From: Acidobacteriota bacterium | Lineage (GTDB): Bacteria > Acidobacteriota > Thermoanaerobaculia > Gp7-AA8 | Assembly (NCBI GenBank): GCA_019244185.1 | Contig: JAFATB010000013.1 | Span: 130,762 to 194,761, forward strand | Direction of reading: 5' to 3' | DNA: 64,000 nt | Part shown: one piece after another, positions 38,425 through 46,608 of the stretch | Layout of the letters: every line of letters starts with the position of its first letter | Numbering within the stretch: the first letter of the stretch is position 1 | The notes under the pieces: model-generated | Database searches by the model: none | Seen by the model: only the letters and a program-made list of their open reading frames with translations | Told to the model about the DNA's origin: nothing | Made by a program: the position numbers and the translations under genes

Positions 38425-39537
38425 CGCGAGCAGCACGCTGTTCTTCACCGGCTTGCGGATGAAGTCCGCCGCGCCGATCTCGAATGCGCGCACTTCCGGC
38501 TCTTCACCAGGCAAGCCGGAGACGAAGATCGTCGGCACGTCGATGCCTTTCTCGCGCAGCGCCTCGAGCACTTTGTGGCCGTCGATGAACGGCAGGTCGA
38601 CGTCGAGCAGCATGAGGTCGACGCGTTCGTGCCCGAGGATCATCAGCGCCTCGGCGCCGTCCTTCGCGAGCAGCACGTGATAGCCGGCCGCTTTCAGCAG
38701 CGCGTTGGTGAGCTCGCGATTGAGCACGTTGTCTTCGACGACCAGCACGGACTTGCGCGGATCGCGCTGCGCGGTTTCCTGCGGCGGCAGAATGTGCCGG
38801 CGGCTGCGCAGCACGACGATCTCCTGCTGCAACCCTTTCGTCTCCGCGTCGGGCTCGACGTTGAGCTCGCGCCGCAGGACCTTCGCGCAGTTGTCGAACT
38901 GCTGCAGCGCGTTCGTGAGGTCGCCGCTCTTCACGAAGAGGCGCATCAGCGTGCGGTGCATCGACTCCTGCAGCGGATCGAGCCGCAGCGACTGCTGCGC
39001 GACGCCGATCGCTTCGTCGATCGCGTCCGCGCGTGCGAGCTGTTCGACGAGCTGCGCGTGCGCTTTCAATGCGAGACGATGCAGGCGGTCGCGTTCCGCG
39101 ATCACCCACTGATCGAACTTTTCCTCGTCGATCTGAAACCCGTCCATGAAGTCGCCGTTGTAGAGCCGCGTGGCCGGATCGAGTGCCTCGGCACTCCCGG
39201 CGTTGATGAGCGACTCGAACTCGGCCACGTCGACGTAGACGAGCGAGCTGTCGAGCGCGAGGAAGTCGCCATCCTCGATCAGCACTTTCTGCGGCGAGAG
39301 CTGCGCGAGCTCCTTGCGAAGCGTGGAGAGCGTCTGCCGCAGGCTCTGCCGCGCCTGTTCCGGGGCGGTGCTGCTCCAGAGGAGGGACGCCATCTTGTCG
39401 CGCGAGACCAGCTGCGACGGCTTGACGCCGAGATACGCGAGCATCGCCTGCGACTTCTTCGCGGAGATGTTGGCAAGAGCGCCGGACTCGGAGCGGAGGC
39501 GGAAGTCCCCGAGCAACTCGAGGTGAAGAACGTACAT
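38401..39537 (-). CDS. SARP-type (wHTH-BTAD) transcriptional regulator with a C-terminal receiver domain
   Basis: LELLGDF...LAYL..VSRDKMASLLW...ARQSLRQTL; BTAD LDPLQESMHRTLM; REC VLVVED..LLDVDLPFIDG..KPV. TATAAT on the minus strand at 39550-39555. Confidence 0.9.
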   Translation of the reverse strand: MYVLHLELLGDFRLRSESGALANISAKKSQAMLAYLGVKPSQLVSRDKMASLLWSSTAPEQARQSLRQTLSTLRKELAQLSPQKVLIEDGDFLALDSSLVYVDVAEFESLINAGSAEALDPATRLYNGDFMDGFQIDEEKFDQWVIAERDRLHRLALKAHAQLVEQLARADAIDEAIGVAQQSLRLDPLQESMHRTLMRLFVKSGDLTNALQQFDNCAKVLRRELNVEPDAETKGLQQEIVVLRSRRHILPPQETAQRDPRKSVLVVEDNVLNRELTNALLKAAGYHVLLAKDGAEALMILGHERVDLMLLDVDLPFIDGHKVLEALREKGIDVPTIFVSGLPGEEPEVRAFEIGAADFIRKPVKNSVLLARVAKVLK

Positions 39538-39559
39538 CGTGCGCGAGGAATTATAAGGG

Positions 39560-40765
39560 TCAGCGCGCCGCGACGAGCCGCGTGACGTCTTCGCCGAGGA
39601 ATGTGCGGATCTCGGGGAGGCGCGCGTCGACGTCCGCTTCGCCGATGTCGATGATGTGCCGCGTGTACGACGGCTCGAACATCAGCATCGAGATGAAGTC
39701 GGGAGAGTCGGTTTCCTTCGCGCCGAGCGCGCGCACGAGGAGCTTGAGCTTACGCGGCAGATAGCGCTCGTATTCGGCGGCGAGCTTGCCGAGATCGACG
39801 GACGGACGCAGCACGAGCAGATCGATCGGCTTGAGACCGTTGCGCTCGTGCGGCGCCATCTTGCTCAGCAGATCGTTCATCCGCTCCATGCGCGCGACGT
39901 CTTCGTCGATGGCGTCGAGGAAGATCGCGTTCACGAGCTGGCTGAGGATCTGCGCCGCGGGCGGATAGCCGCTGACGAGCGGCGTCGACGCTTCGTCCGG
40001 CGTGCGCTGGTAACCCGTGGACATTGCGATGATGCGGCGCGCGCCGAGGTGGACGGCGGGGGAGAGCGGCGCGGCGAGACGGATGCCGCCGTCGCCGTGC
40101 CATTCGTTTCCGATGCGCACGGCGGGAAACACGAACGGCAATGCCGCGGATGCGAGCACGTGATCGATGGTGAAGCGCGTGCTCGTCGTGCGGCGGTTCG
40201 GACCTTCGTAGACTTCGAACGCGCGGCCCTGCACCCAGCGCACGGTTTGGCCGGTCGAGTAGTCGAGCGTCATCAGCGCGAGCGCGTTCAGCTCGCCCGC
40301 GGCGATGTTGCGTTCGATGTCGAGGATCGGACAGTGCGGCGGCGTGTTCAGCACGCGGCAGAGCAGGTTGCGCAGCGGCGTGGTGTCGACCATTCCGTGC
40401 GGCCGCGAGCGCGTCCATTTGTTCTTCTTCGGCGAGATCGACGCGATCGCCGAACGAAACGGCAACAACATCTTCCAATCGAACTGGTAGATCGAATCGC
40501 AATTCAGCTCGCACCACATGCCTTCGAGGGCGCGCGCTTTTTCCGGCAGCGTTCCGCGGCGCGCGGCGAGGTAGACCGCGTTGATCGCGCCCGCCGAGAC
40601 GCCGGTGACGATCTGGAAGCGGAGGCGCGGGAAGTGCTTCGCGATCCCTTTGATCAGGCCGACCTGGTACGCGGCGCGCGCGCCGCCTCCGGTGAGCATG
40701 ACGGCGAGGTCGCCGCCGGCGGTGTCGTCGGTCGGGGCGGCCTCGAGCAGCTCGGGAACGCTCAT
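39560..40765 (-). CDS. Patatin-like phospholipase
   Basis: GGGARAAYQVG, GVSAG nucleophile, ASAALP, DGG. Confidence 0.92.
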   Translation of the reverse strand: MSVPELLEAAPTDDTAGGDLAVMLTGGGARAAYQVGLIKGIAKHFPRLRFQIVTGVSAGAINAVYLAARRGTLPEKARALEGMWCELNCDSIYQFDWKMLLPFRSAIASISPKKNKWTRSRPHGMVDTTPLRNLLCRVLNTPPHCPILDIERNIAAGELNALALMTLDYSTGQTVRWVQGRAFEVYEGPNRRTTSTRFTIDHVLASAALPFVFPAVRIGNEWHGDGGIRLAAPLSPAVHLGARRIIAMSTGYQRTPDEASTPLVSGYPPAAQILSQLVNAIFLDAIDEDVARMERMNDLLSKMAPHERNGLKPIDLLVLRPSVDLGKLAAEYERYLPRKLKLLVRALGAKETDSPDFISMLMFEPSYTRHIIDIGEADVDARLPEIRTFLGEDVTRLVAAR

Positions 40766-40815
40766 ATGGATGAGCTATTGCAGAGGAACTGCCAAATGCT
40801 TGCAGAAGGCGCAAC

Positions 40816-41976
40816 GTGATCGCGACGGAACCGCGCGTCGCGGTCATCGGCGGCGGGATCAACGGCGCGGGCGCGGCGTGGGAGCTCGCGCGCCGCGGCT
40901 ACGAGGTCGTGCTGTTCGACAAAGGCATCTGCGGCGCGCAGACCTCGTCCGCCACGACGAAGATGATCCACGGCGGTCTGCGCTATCTCGAACGAATGCA
41001 CGTGGCGCTCGTGCGCGAATCGCTGCGCGAGCGCGCGTGGCTGCTCGAACATCTGCCGCAACTCGTCCATCCGCTCGAGATTCTGCTGCCGCTGTACGAC
41101 GATAGTCCGCGCCGCCGCACGACCATCGCGACCGGACTCGTGCTCTATGACCGCCTTGCAGGTCGTGCAAAAATTGCCGCGCACCAGTTTCTTCCGGCTG
41201 CAACGGTTGCCGCGCGTGCGCCGCTGCGCAGCGACGGCCTGCGCGGCGGCTTCGTCTACTGGGACGCGCAGGTCGACGACTTCGCGCTCGTGCGCAGCGT
41301 TGTTGCGTCTGCCGCGCGCGACGGCGCGACGATCCGCGAGGAGACGCGTGTCGATGCGCTGCGCCGCGACGGCGACGCGTGGATCGTGCAAACGAATCGC
41401 GGTGATGCGTCGCGCTTCGACCTCATCGTCAACGCCGCGGGGCCGTGGATGAACGAGTTGCTGCGCGCGAACGGACTCGCCGCGCGTTACGTGCTGTCGC
41501 TCGTGCGCGGCGGCCATCTCGTGCTGACGCGCCGCATCAGCGACACGGGACTGCTGCTCCAGTCGACGACGGATCGCCGCGTCTTCTTCGTGCTGCCGTG
41601 GAAGGAGACGACGCTCGTCGGGACGACCGAGGTCGTGCAGCGCGAGTCGCCGGACGGCGTGCACGCGAGCGAGGAGGAGATCGAGTATCTCATCGCGCGC
41701 TACAACCGCTACTTTCGCGAGCCGCTGCCGCGAGCGGACGTCGCGTCGACGTTCGCCGGCGTTCGCCCGCTCGTCGGCCGTGCCGCGAATCCGAGCGCGA
41801 TCGGCCGCGACTTTCGCGTGGTGCGCGACGGCAACATGGTCAACGTGTTCGGCGGCAAGATGACGACGTTCATGGCGCTGGCGCGCAAGGTCGCACTGCG
41901 CGTCGACAACTACTTCGGCCGCACGCGCGTCGCGCGCGAGCCGGTGTTCGCGGTTTCGCTAGAATCGCGCGCATGA
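40816..41976 (+). CDS. glpD: FAD-dependent glycerol-3-phosphate dehydrogenase/oxidase (short form)
   Basis: IGGGINGAG, TSSATTKMIHGGLRYLE, NAAGPW, FAGVRPL, GGKMTT. Confidence 0.8.
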   Translation: MIATEPRVAVIGGGINGAGAAWELARRGYEVVLFDKGICGAQTSSATTKMIHGGLRYLERMHVALVRESLRERAWLLEHLPQLVHPLEILLPLYDDSPRRRTTIATGLVLYDRLAGRAKIAAHQFLPAATVAARAPLRSDGLRGGFVYWDAQVDDFALVRSVVASAARDGATIREETRVDALRRDGDAWIVQTNRGDASRFDLIVNAAGPWMNELLRANGLAARYVLSLVRGGHLVLTRRISDTGLLLQSTTDRRVFFVLPWKETTLVGTTEVVQRESPDGVHASEEEIEYLIARYNRYFREPLPRADVASTFAGVRPLVGRAANPSAIGRDFRVVRDGNMVNVFGGKMTTFMALARKVALRVDNYFGRTRVAREPVFAVSLESRA

Positions 41977-42659
41977 CGTTCATCCCCACGCTCGACACCA
42001 CCTCGAAGCAGCGCCCGCGCATCCCGCGCACGCTCGATCCCGTCGAGATCCGCATCCTCGGATCGCTGATGGAGAAGCAGCTCGCCACGCCCGAGTACTA
42101 CCCGCTGACGCTGAACGCGCTCGTCGCCGCCTGCAATCAGAAGTCGAACCGCGAGCCGGTGATGGAGCTCGGCGAGAGCGAAGTCGAGCGCGCGCTCGAT
42201 CGCCTGCAGGATGAGAAGCTCGTCTGGCGCGTGATGGGCGGCCGCGCCGTCCGCTTCGACCACAACCTCGACAACGTCTGGCACCTCAACCGCCGCGAGA
42301 AAGCGCTGCTCACCCTGCTCTTCCTCCGCGGCCCGCAAACGTCGGGCGAACTCCGCGGCCGCAGCGACCGCCTGCAGTCGTTCGAAACCGTCGCGGAAGT
42401 CGAGGAAACCCTCCGCGACATGGCCACGCACAGCGAGCCGCTCGTCCGCGAACTGACCCGCCGCCCCGGCCAGAAGGAAGAACGCTGGGCGCACCTCGTC
42501 GGCGGCGCGATCGTCGAAGACGCCCCTGCCCCCGCCGCCGCTCCCGAGTCGTCACGCGCCACGAGCGAGCCCCTCTCCGCCCGCGTTCTACACCTTGAAG
42601 AACAAGTCGCCGAGCTCGCCCGCGAACTGCGGGAGTTGAAGGCAAAACTGGGCGAGTAG
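41973..42659 (+). CDS. yceH: YceH/DUF480 family protein
   Basis: RILGSLMEKQLATPEYYPLTLNALVAACNQKSNREPVM, LRGPQT.GELR, R.PGQKE.RWAHL. Confidence 0.93.
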   Translation: MTFIPTLDTTSKQRPRIPRTLDPVEIRILGSLMEKQLATPEYYPLTLNALVAACNQKSNREPVMELGESEVERALDRLQDEKLVWRVMGGRAVRFDHNLDNVWHLNRREKALLTLLFLRGPQTSGELRGRSDRLQSFETVAEVEETLRDMATHSEPLVRELTRRPGQKEERWAHLVGGAIVEDAPAPAAAPESSRATSEPLSARVLHLEEQVAELARELRELKAKLGE

Positions 42660-42705
42660 ACCGTCTTCGGCGCCGAGTCGTGGTAAGCCGAGGTACCATC
42701 GTTCC

Positions 42706-43290
42706 ATGAGCGACGAAGAGCTCAGGACGATGTTCCAGACCCTGCGCGAGGAGAACGCCGCGGCGCATGTGGAGACACGGCGGTATGTCGATGGGACTGC
42801 GGGTGAATTGCGGCAGTCGATCGAGCAGAGCGCGGCGGAGACGCGGGAGTACACGGACCGAAGCGTCGCGCAAAGTGCTGCGGAACTGCGGCAGTCGATC
42901 GAGCAGAGCGCGGCCGAGACGCGAGCGTACGTAAATCGAAGCATCGCGGAGAGCGCGGCCGAGACGCGACAGTATGTCGACGAACGCATCGGCGCGAGCG
43001 CCGCTGAGACACGCCAGTACACCGACCAAAGCGTTGCGCAAGCCACAGCCGAACTGCGACGCACCATCGAAGCTAGCGCCGCGGAAACGCGCCAGTATGT
43101 CGATGCGCGTGGCGAGAAGACGGAACGCTACTTCGACATCGTCGCGGAGCGCCTGTACAGCCGGATCGATCTTCTGACCGAGACCGTCCTCGGATTCAAG
43201 GACGGTCTCGACCGGCGGGATGAGGAGATCGCCGGCGAGGTCGCCGCGCTGGATGTCCGTGTCACGCGGCTTGAAGCGAAACGGCGCTGA
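42706..43290 (+). CDS. Repetitive coiled-coil protein (11/15-residue repeats)
   Basis: Alternating ELRQSIEQSAA and ETR(E/Q/A)Y(T/V)(D/N)xS(V/I)AxSAA units; near-identical 78-bp DNA units at ~42805 and ~42883. Confidence 0.8.
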   Translation: MSDEELRTMFQTLREENAAAHVETRRYVDGTAGELRQSIEQSAAETREYTDRSVAQSAAELRQSIEQSAAETRAYVNRSIAESAAETRQYVDERIGASAAETRQYTDQSVAQATAELRRTIEASAAETRQYVDARGEKTERYFDIVAERLYSRIDLLTETVLGFKDGLDRRDEEIAGEVAALDVRVTRLEAKRR

Positions 43291-43310
43291 TCGGCTTTTG
43301 AGGAGTTGCG

Positions 43311-43574
43311 ATGGACGAAGAACTTCGGAGGATGTTTGAGACCTTGCGGGAGGATGGCGCGGCGACGTGCCGCCATTTCGACATCACCGTCGAACGGATG
43401 GAGCGTCGTTTCGACCTCCTCGCCGACCTCGTACGCGGTCTGGACGAGAAGTTCGACCGCAGGCTCAACGACCTCGAGAATCGCGTGAACGGCGGGTTCG
43501 ACGATCTGCGGCTCTTCACGCGTCTCACCTACAGCGACATCGACCGCCGCGTCCGCGCTCTCGAAGTGAAGTAG
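43311..43574 (+). CDS. Short coiled-coil paralogue of the upstream gene
   Basis: MDEELRRMFETLRED matches MSDEELRTMFQTLREE; shared R(H/Y)FDI..ER...R.DLL and RV..LE; SD GAGGAG upstream. Confidence 0.8.
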   Translation: MDEELRRMFETLREDGAATCRHFDITVERMERRFDLLADLVRGLDEKFDRRLNDLENRVNGGFDDLRLFTRLTYSDIDRRVRALEVK

Positions 43575-43578
43575 CCGC

Positions 43579-44760
43579 TTACAGCCTCCCGCTCCGCACG
43601 CGCACGAACGCGTACACCGACTGCGGTTTGTGGCCGTACTCCGCGGGCAGTTCGTGCGATTGCGTGTGGTAGTCGGCGTTGACGCCGACGCCGAAGCGGA
43701 AGGTGGGGCGGGCGACGAGGTCGAAGATGTAGCCGGCGGTTGCGTGCGTCGTGCGCTCGACGGCCAGGTCGTTGACGATCACGGGAAAGCCGGACGGGCG
43801 GTCGACCCACTCCGCGCGCGCGAGGAAGGTGTTGCGCGTGCCGCGCAGCGCGAGCTCGACGCTGTAGGCGGTCTGCGGCGCGAGCGCGGACAGCGAGTCT
43901 TTCTGCTCGCGGCGCGTCCAGAGCGCGGTGACCGCGACCTTGGGAACGCCGTACGTGATCGACGCCGACGTGACTGTCCGCTCGTTCGCGTCGCCGAGCT
44001 GTCCGCGCGAGACCTGCAGCGCGACGTTCGGCGATGGCGTGAGCGTCACGCGCGCGGACTGCGAGTCGATGTCGCCGTCTTCGATGGAGGTGTGCCGGCC
44101 CGACGTCACCGCATCGTGAAAGACGCTCGCCTCGAGCGTGAGCCAGCGCGTGCCGAAGCCCGCGGTCACCACGCGCGTCGAGTCGTGCGTCGTCTCCTGC
44201 AGGTCATACGCGAACGGCGCGTTCGCGAAGTCGACGCCCGACATCCGCAGCTCCGCCGGCGCTGCTCCTAGCGCCGGATCGCCGACCGCCGCCGCGTACA
44301 CGCTCAGCAGCGTCGACGCGCTCGGACGAAACCCGAGTTGCACCGCCGCCTCACCCCAGAAATCGTGCGCGCGCATGCGCCCGACCGTCGGTCCGCCGCC
44401 TTCCGCGGAGACGTACTGCAGCAGCTCCGGATAGCCTTCTTCCGGGACCGTGTACGGTTCGAGCGACACGCGCCCGCGCGCGAGCACGAAGCCGCGCGTG
44501 CCGAAGTTCTTCTCCACGCCCGCGGCGAACCAGTTCGTCGAAAACGTGTCGGACCGCGGATTGTCCGGACCACTCTCACCGACGTGCGTGGCATGCGCGT
44601 CGAACCCGTGAAAGACGGTCCAGCCTCCGCTCGACGACGTCACCCACGGCGACTCGCCGGGATTCGGCGTCGTGCCGGAGACATTGCGCAGCGGATCGAG
44701 CTGCGCTTGCGCGGCGACGGTGGCGAACGACAGCACGACGAGCAGAACGCGACATTTCAT
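43579..44760 (-). CDS. Putative outer-membrane beta-barrel protein
   Basis: Signal peptide; alternating amphipathic strands ending SVYAFVRVR; motifs GYPELLQ, HDFWGE, GDPALG. Confidence 0.7.
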   Translation of the reverse strand: MKCRVLLVVLSFATVAAQAQLDPLRNVSGTTPNPGESPWVTSSSGGWTVFHGFDAHATHVGESGPDNPRSDTFSTNWFAAGVEKNFGTRGFVLARGRVSLEPYTVPEEGYPELLQYVSAEGGGPTVGRMRAHDFWGEAAVQLGFRPSASTLLSVYAAAVGDPALGAAPAELRMSGVDFANAPFAYDLQETTHDSTRVVTAGFGTRWLTLEASVFHDAVTSGRHTSIEDGDIDSQSARVTLTPSPNVALQVSRGQLGDANERTVTSASITYGVPKVAVTALWTRREQKDSLSALAPQTAYSVELALRGTRNTFLARAEWVDRPSGFPVIVNDLAVERTTHATAGYIFDLVARPTFRFGVGVNADYHTQSHELPAEYGHKPQSVYAFVRVRSGRL

Positions 44761-44799
44761 GCGCGGCGCATTCTGCAACAGATGCGCCGGGCAGAAGCG

Positions 44800-46569
44800 T
44801 TACTCGCGTCCGACCGGATACAACCGCGCCCGCTCGTCGTACCACGGCGTGCGCTCGTACAGCCACTGCAGCCGCGCGCGCGCGTCGCCGCGGAACTTCT
44901 CGTCGCTCTCGATCTTCGCGCGGAACTCGTCCGCGAGCTTCGGATCCTCGGCCAGCATGCGCTCGGCCATCGGCTCCATGATGTAGCTCTCGACGTACTC
45001 CGTCGGCGCGAGAATCGAGTTGAAGAAGCCCCACTGAAAGAGTGAGTCCGGCGATGACGGCTCGAGCAACAGGACGGCCAGCGTGCCGAGCGGCTGATCG
45101 GTCGGGACGCGCACGGAGCCGGCGAGGTAGTGCTCGCGCCGTTTCTCCGGCGTCGCATTCGCGGTCACGCGCACGCGTCCTTCGAACTGCTGCGCGGCAT
45201 ACTTCGGCTCATCGAACCGGTCCATCGTCACATCGACATCGCGCGGCGCGGCCAGTCGCTCGTACTGAATGCCATGCAGGTCCAGCATCGCAACCACCTC
45301 GCGCCACGCCGCGGGAATCCAGTACGCCTTCGGCCGCGGCGCGCTGGTGACGATCGCCGTTTGCTGGCGGTACGGCGCGCGGTTCGTGACCGGCTTGCCG
45401 AGCCACTCCGTGCGCACGCCACCGCTGATCGGCGAGAGCGTTTTGCGCGAGGCGATGCCGAGAACGTCGATGATCGGTGACGTCGCATTCGGATCTTCCT
45501 TCCACGCCATCGCGACGGGATCTTCGCGCCGCGCGCGATCCGACGCGATTGCGTTGCGCAGTCCCTGCGGATCGGCGCCGATCGCACGGAGCGCGTGCTC
45601 GAGGAAGACGTACGTGCCGAGGACGCGCTGATCGTAGGGCTTGAGGGAGTGGTTCTCGACGAGGATCGAGGGGAGCTGGCGCGCGTCGCCGTAGCCGTTC
45701 GACAGGCGCGGATCGGTGATGCCGCCGGCGAGTCCCGCGAGCGGATCATCGGTGAAGACGAGCGGACCGGGGACGTGCCCCATCTGCTGCAGGCCGCGGT
45801 CGACGTTCGGACGGAACTTCGCGTCGAGCCACGACGCGATCGCGGGCGAATGCCCTTCCTTCGGATTCCAGCCGTATGTCACGTCGTACTGGTAGTCGGC
45901 GCCGTCGGTGACGTGCAGGTCGATGTAGAGGTCGGGCTGCCACGTGACGAGCGCGTGCAGCATGGCGCGCATCTCTTCCGTGTCCGCCTTCACATAATCG
46001 CGGTTGAGGTTGTAGTTGCGCGCGTTCGTGCGCCAGCCGCTTTCCTCGGGGCCGCGCTGGTTGATGCGGCTGTAGCGCGTGAAGCGCTCGTGCCCGTCAA
46101 CGTTGAAGATGGGGACGAAGAGCAGGTTCGCCCGATCGAGCAGCTCGCGCTTCGTGCCGCGCACCGTCATGTCGCGGAGCAGCATGAGGCCCGCGTCCTT
46201 GCCGTCGATCTCGCCCGCGTGAATGCCGCCTTGCGCGAAGAGCGTCGGCCTGCCGTTGCGGCGCAGCGCGTCGCGAGTCGACGCGCCTTCTTTCGACGCG
46301 ACGACGAGCCACAGATCGCGTCCTTCCGCCGACTTGCCGAGCGACAACATCTTCAACTGCGGCGCCGCCGCGACGAGCCTGCGCAGATACGCGACCGTCT
46401 CGTCATAGCGCGGCGTCGTGCGGAACTGCGTCGCCTCGGATGGCGTGACCCAGCGGTCCGTCGCCGGCAGCATCAGCGCGCGGCTCGCGCCGTTCCACGG
46501 AATCAGCGGCGGAAGGACGGGAGTCTGTGCGGAAGTGAGCGTCGCGGAAAGAAGAAGCGCCGTCAGCAT
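44800..46569 (-). CDS. M14 family zinc carboxypeptidase
   Basis: GKSAEGR, GIHAGEIDG (HxxE), NLNRD, DLHVTDG, ENH. Confidence 0.92.
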   Translation of the reverse strand: MLTALLLSATLTSAQTPVLPPLIPWNGASRALMLPATDRWVTPSEATQFRTTPRYDETVAYLRRLVAAAPQLKMLSLGKSAEGRDLWLVVASKEGASTRDALRRNGRPTLFAQGGIHAGEIDGKDAGLMLLRDMTVRGTKRELLDRANLLFVPIFNVDGHERFTRYSRINQRGPEESGWRTNARNYNLNRDYVKADTEEMRAMLHALVTWQPDLYIDLHVTDGADYQYDVTYGWNPKEGHSPAIASWLDAKFRPNVDRGLQQMGHVPGPLVFTDDPLAGLAGGITDPRLSNGYGDARQLPSILVENHSLKPYDQRVLGTYVFLEHALRAIGADPQGLRNAIASDRARREDPVAMAWKEDPNATSPIIDVLGIASRKTLSPISGGVRTEWLGKPVTNRAPYRQQTAIVTSAPRPKAYWIPAAWREVVAMLDLHGIQYERLAAPRDVDVTMDRFDEPKYAAQQFEGRVRVTANATPEKRREHYLAGSVRVPTDQPLGTLAVLLLEPSSPDSLFQWGFFNSILAPTEYVESYIMEPMAERMLAEDPKLADEFRAKIESDEKFRGDARARLQWLYERTPWYDERARLYPVGRE

Positions 46570-46608
46570 GACGGCGCTTCTTAGCACAAACGCGAGAGAA
46601 ACCAAGCC

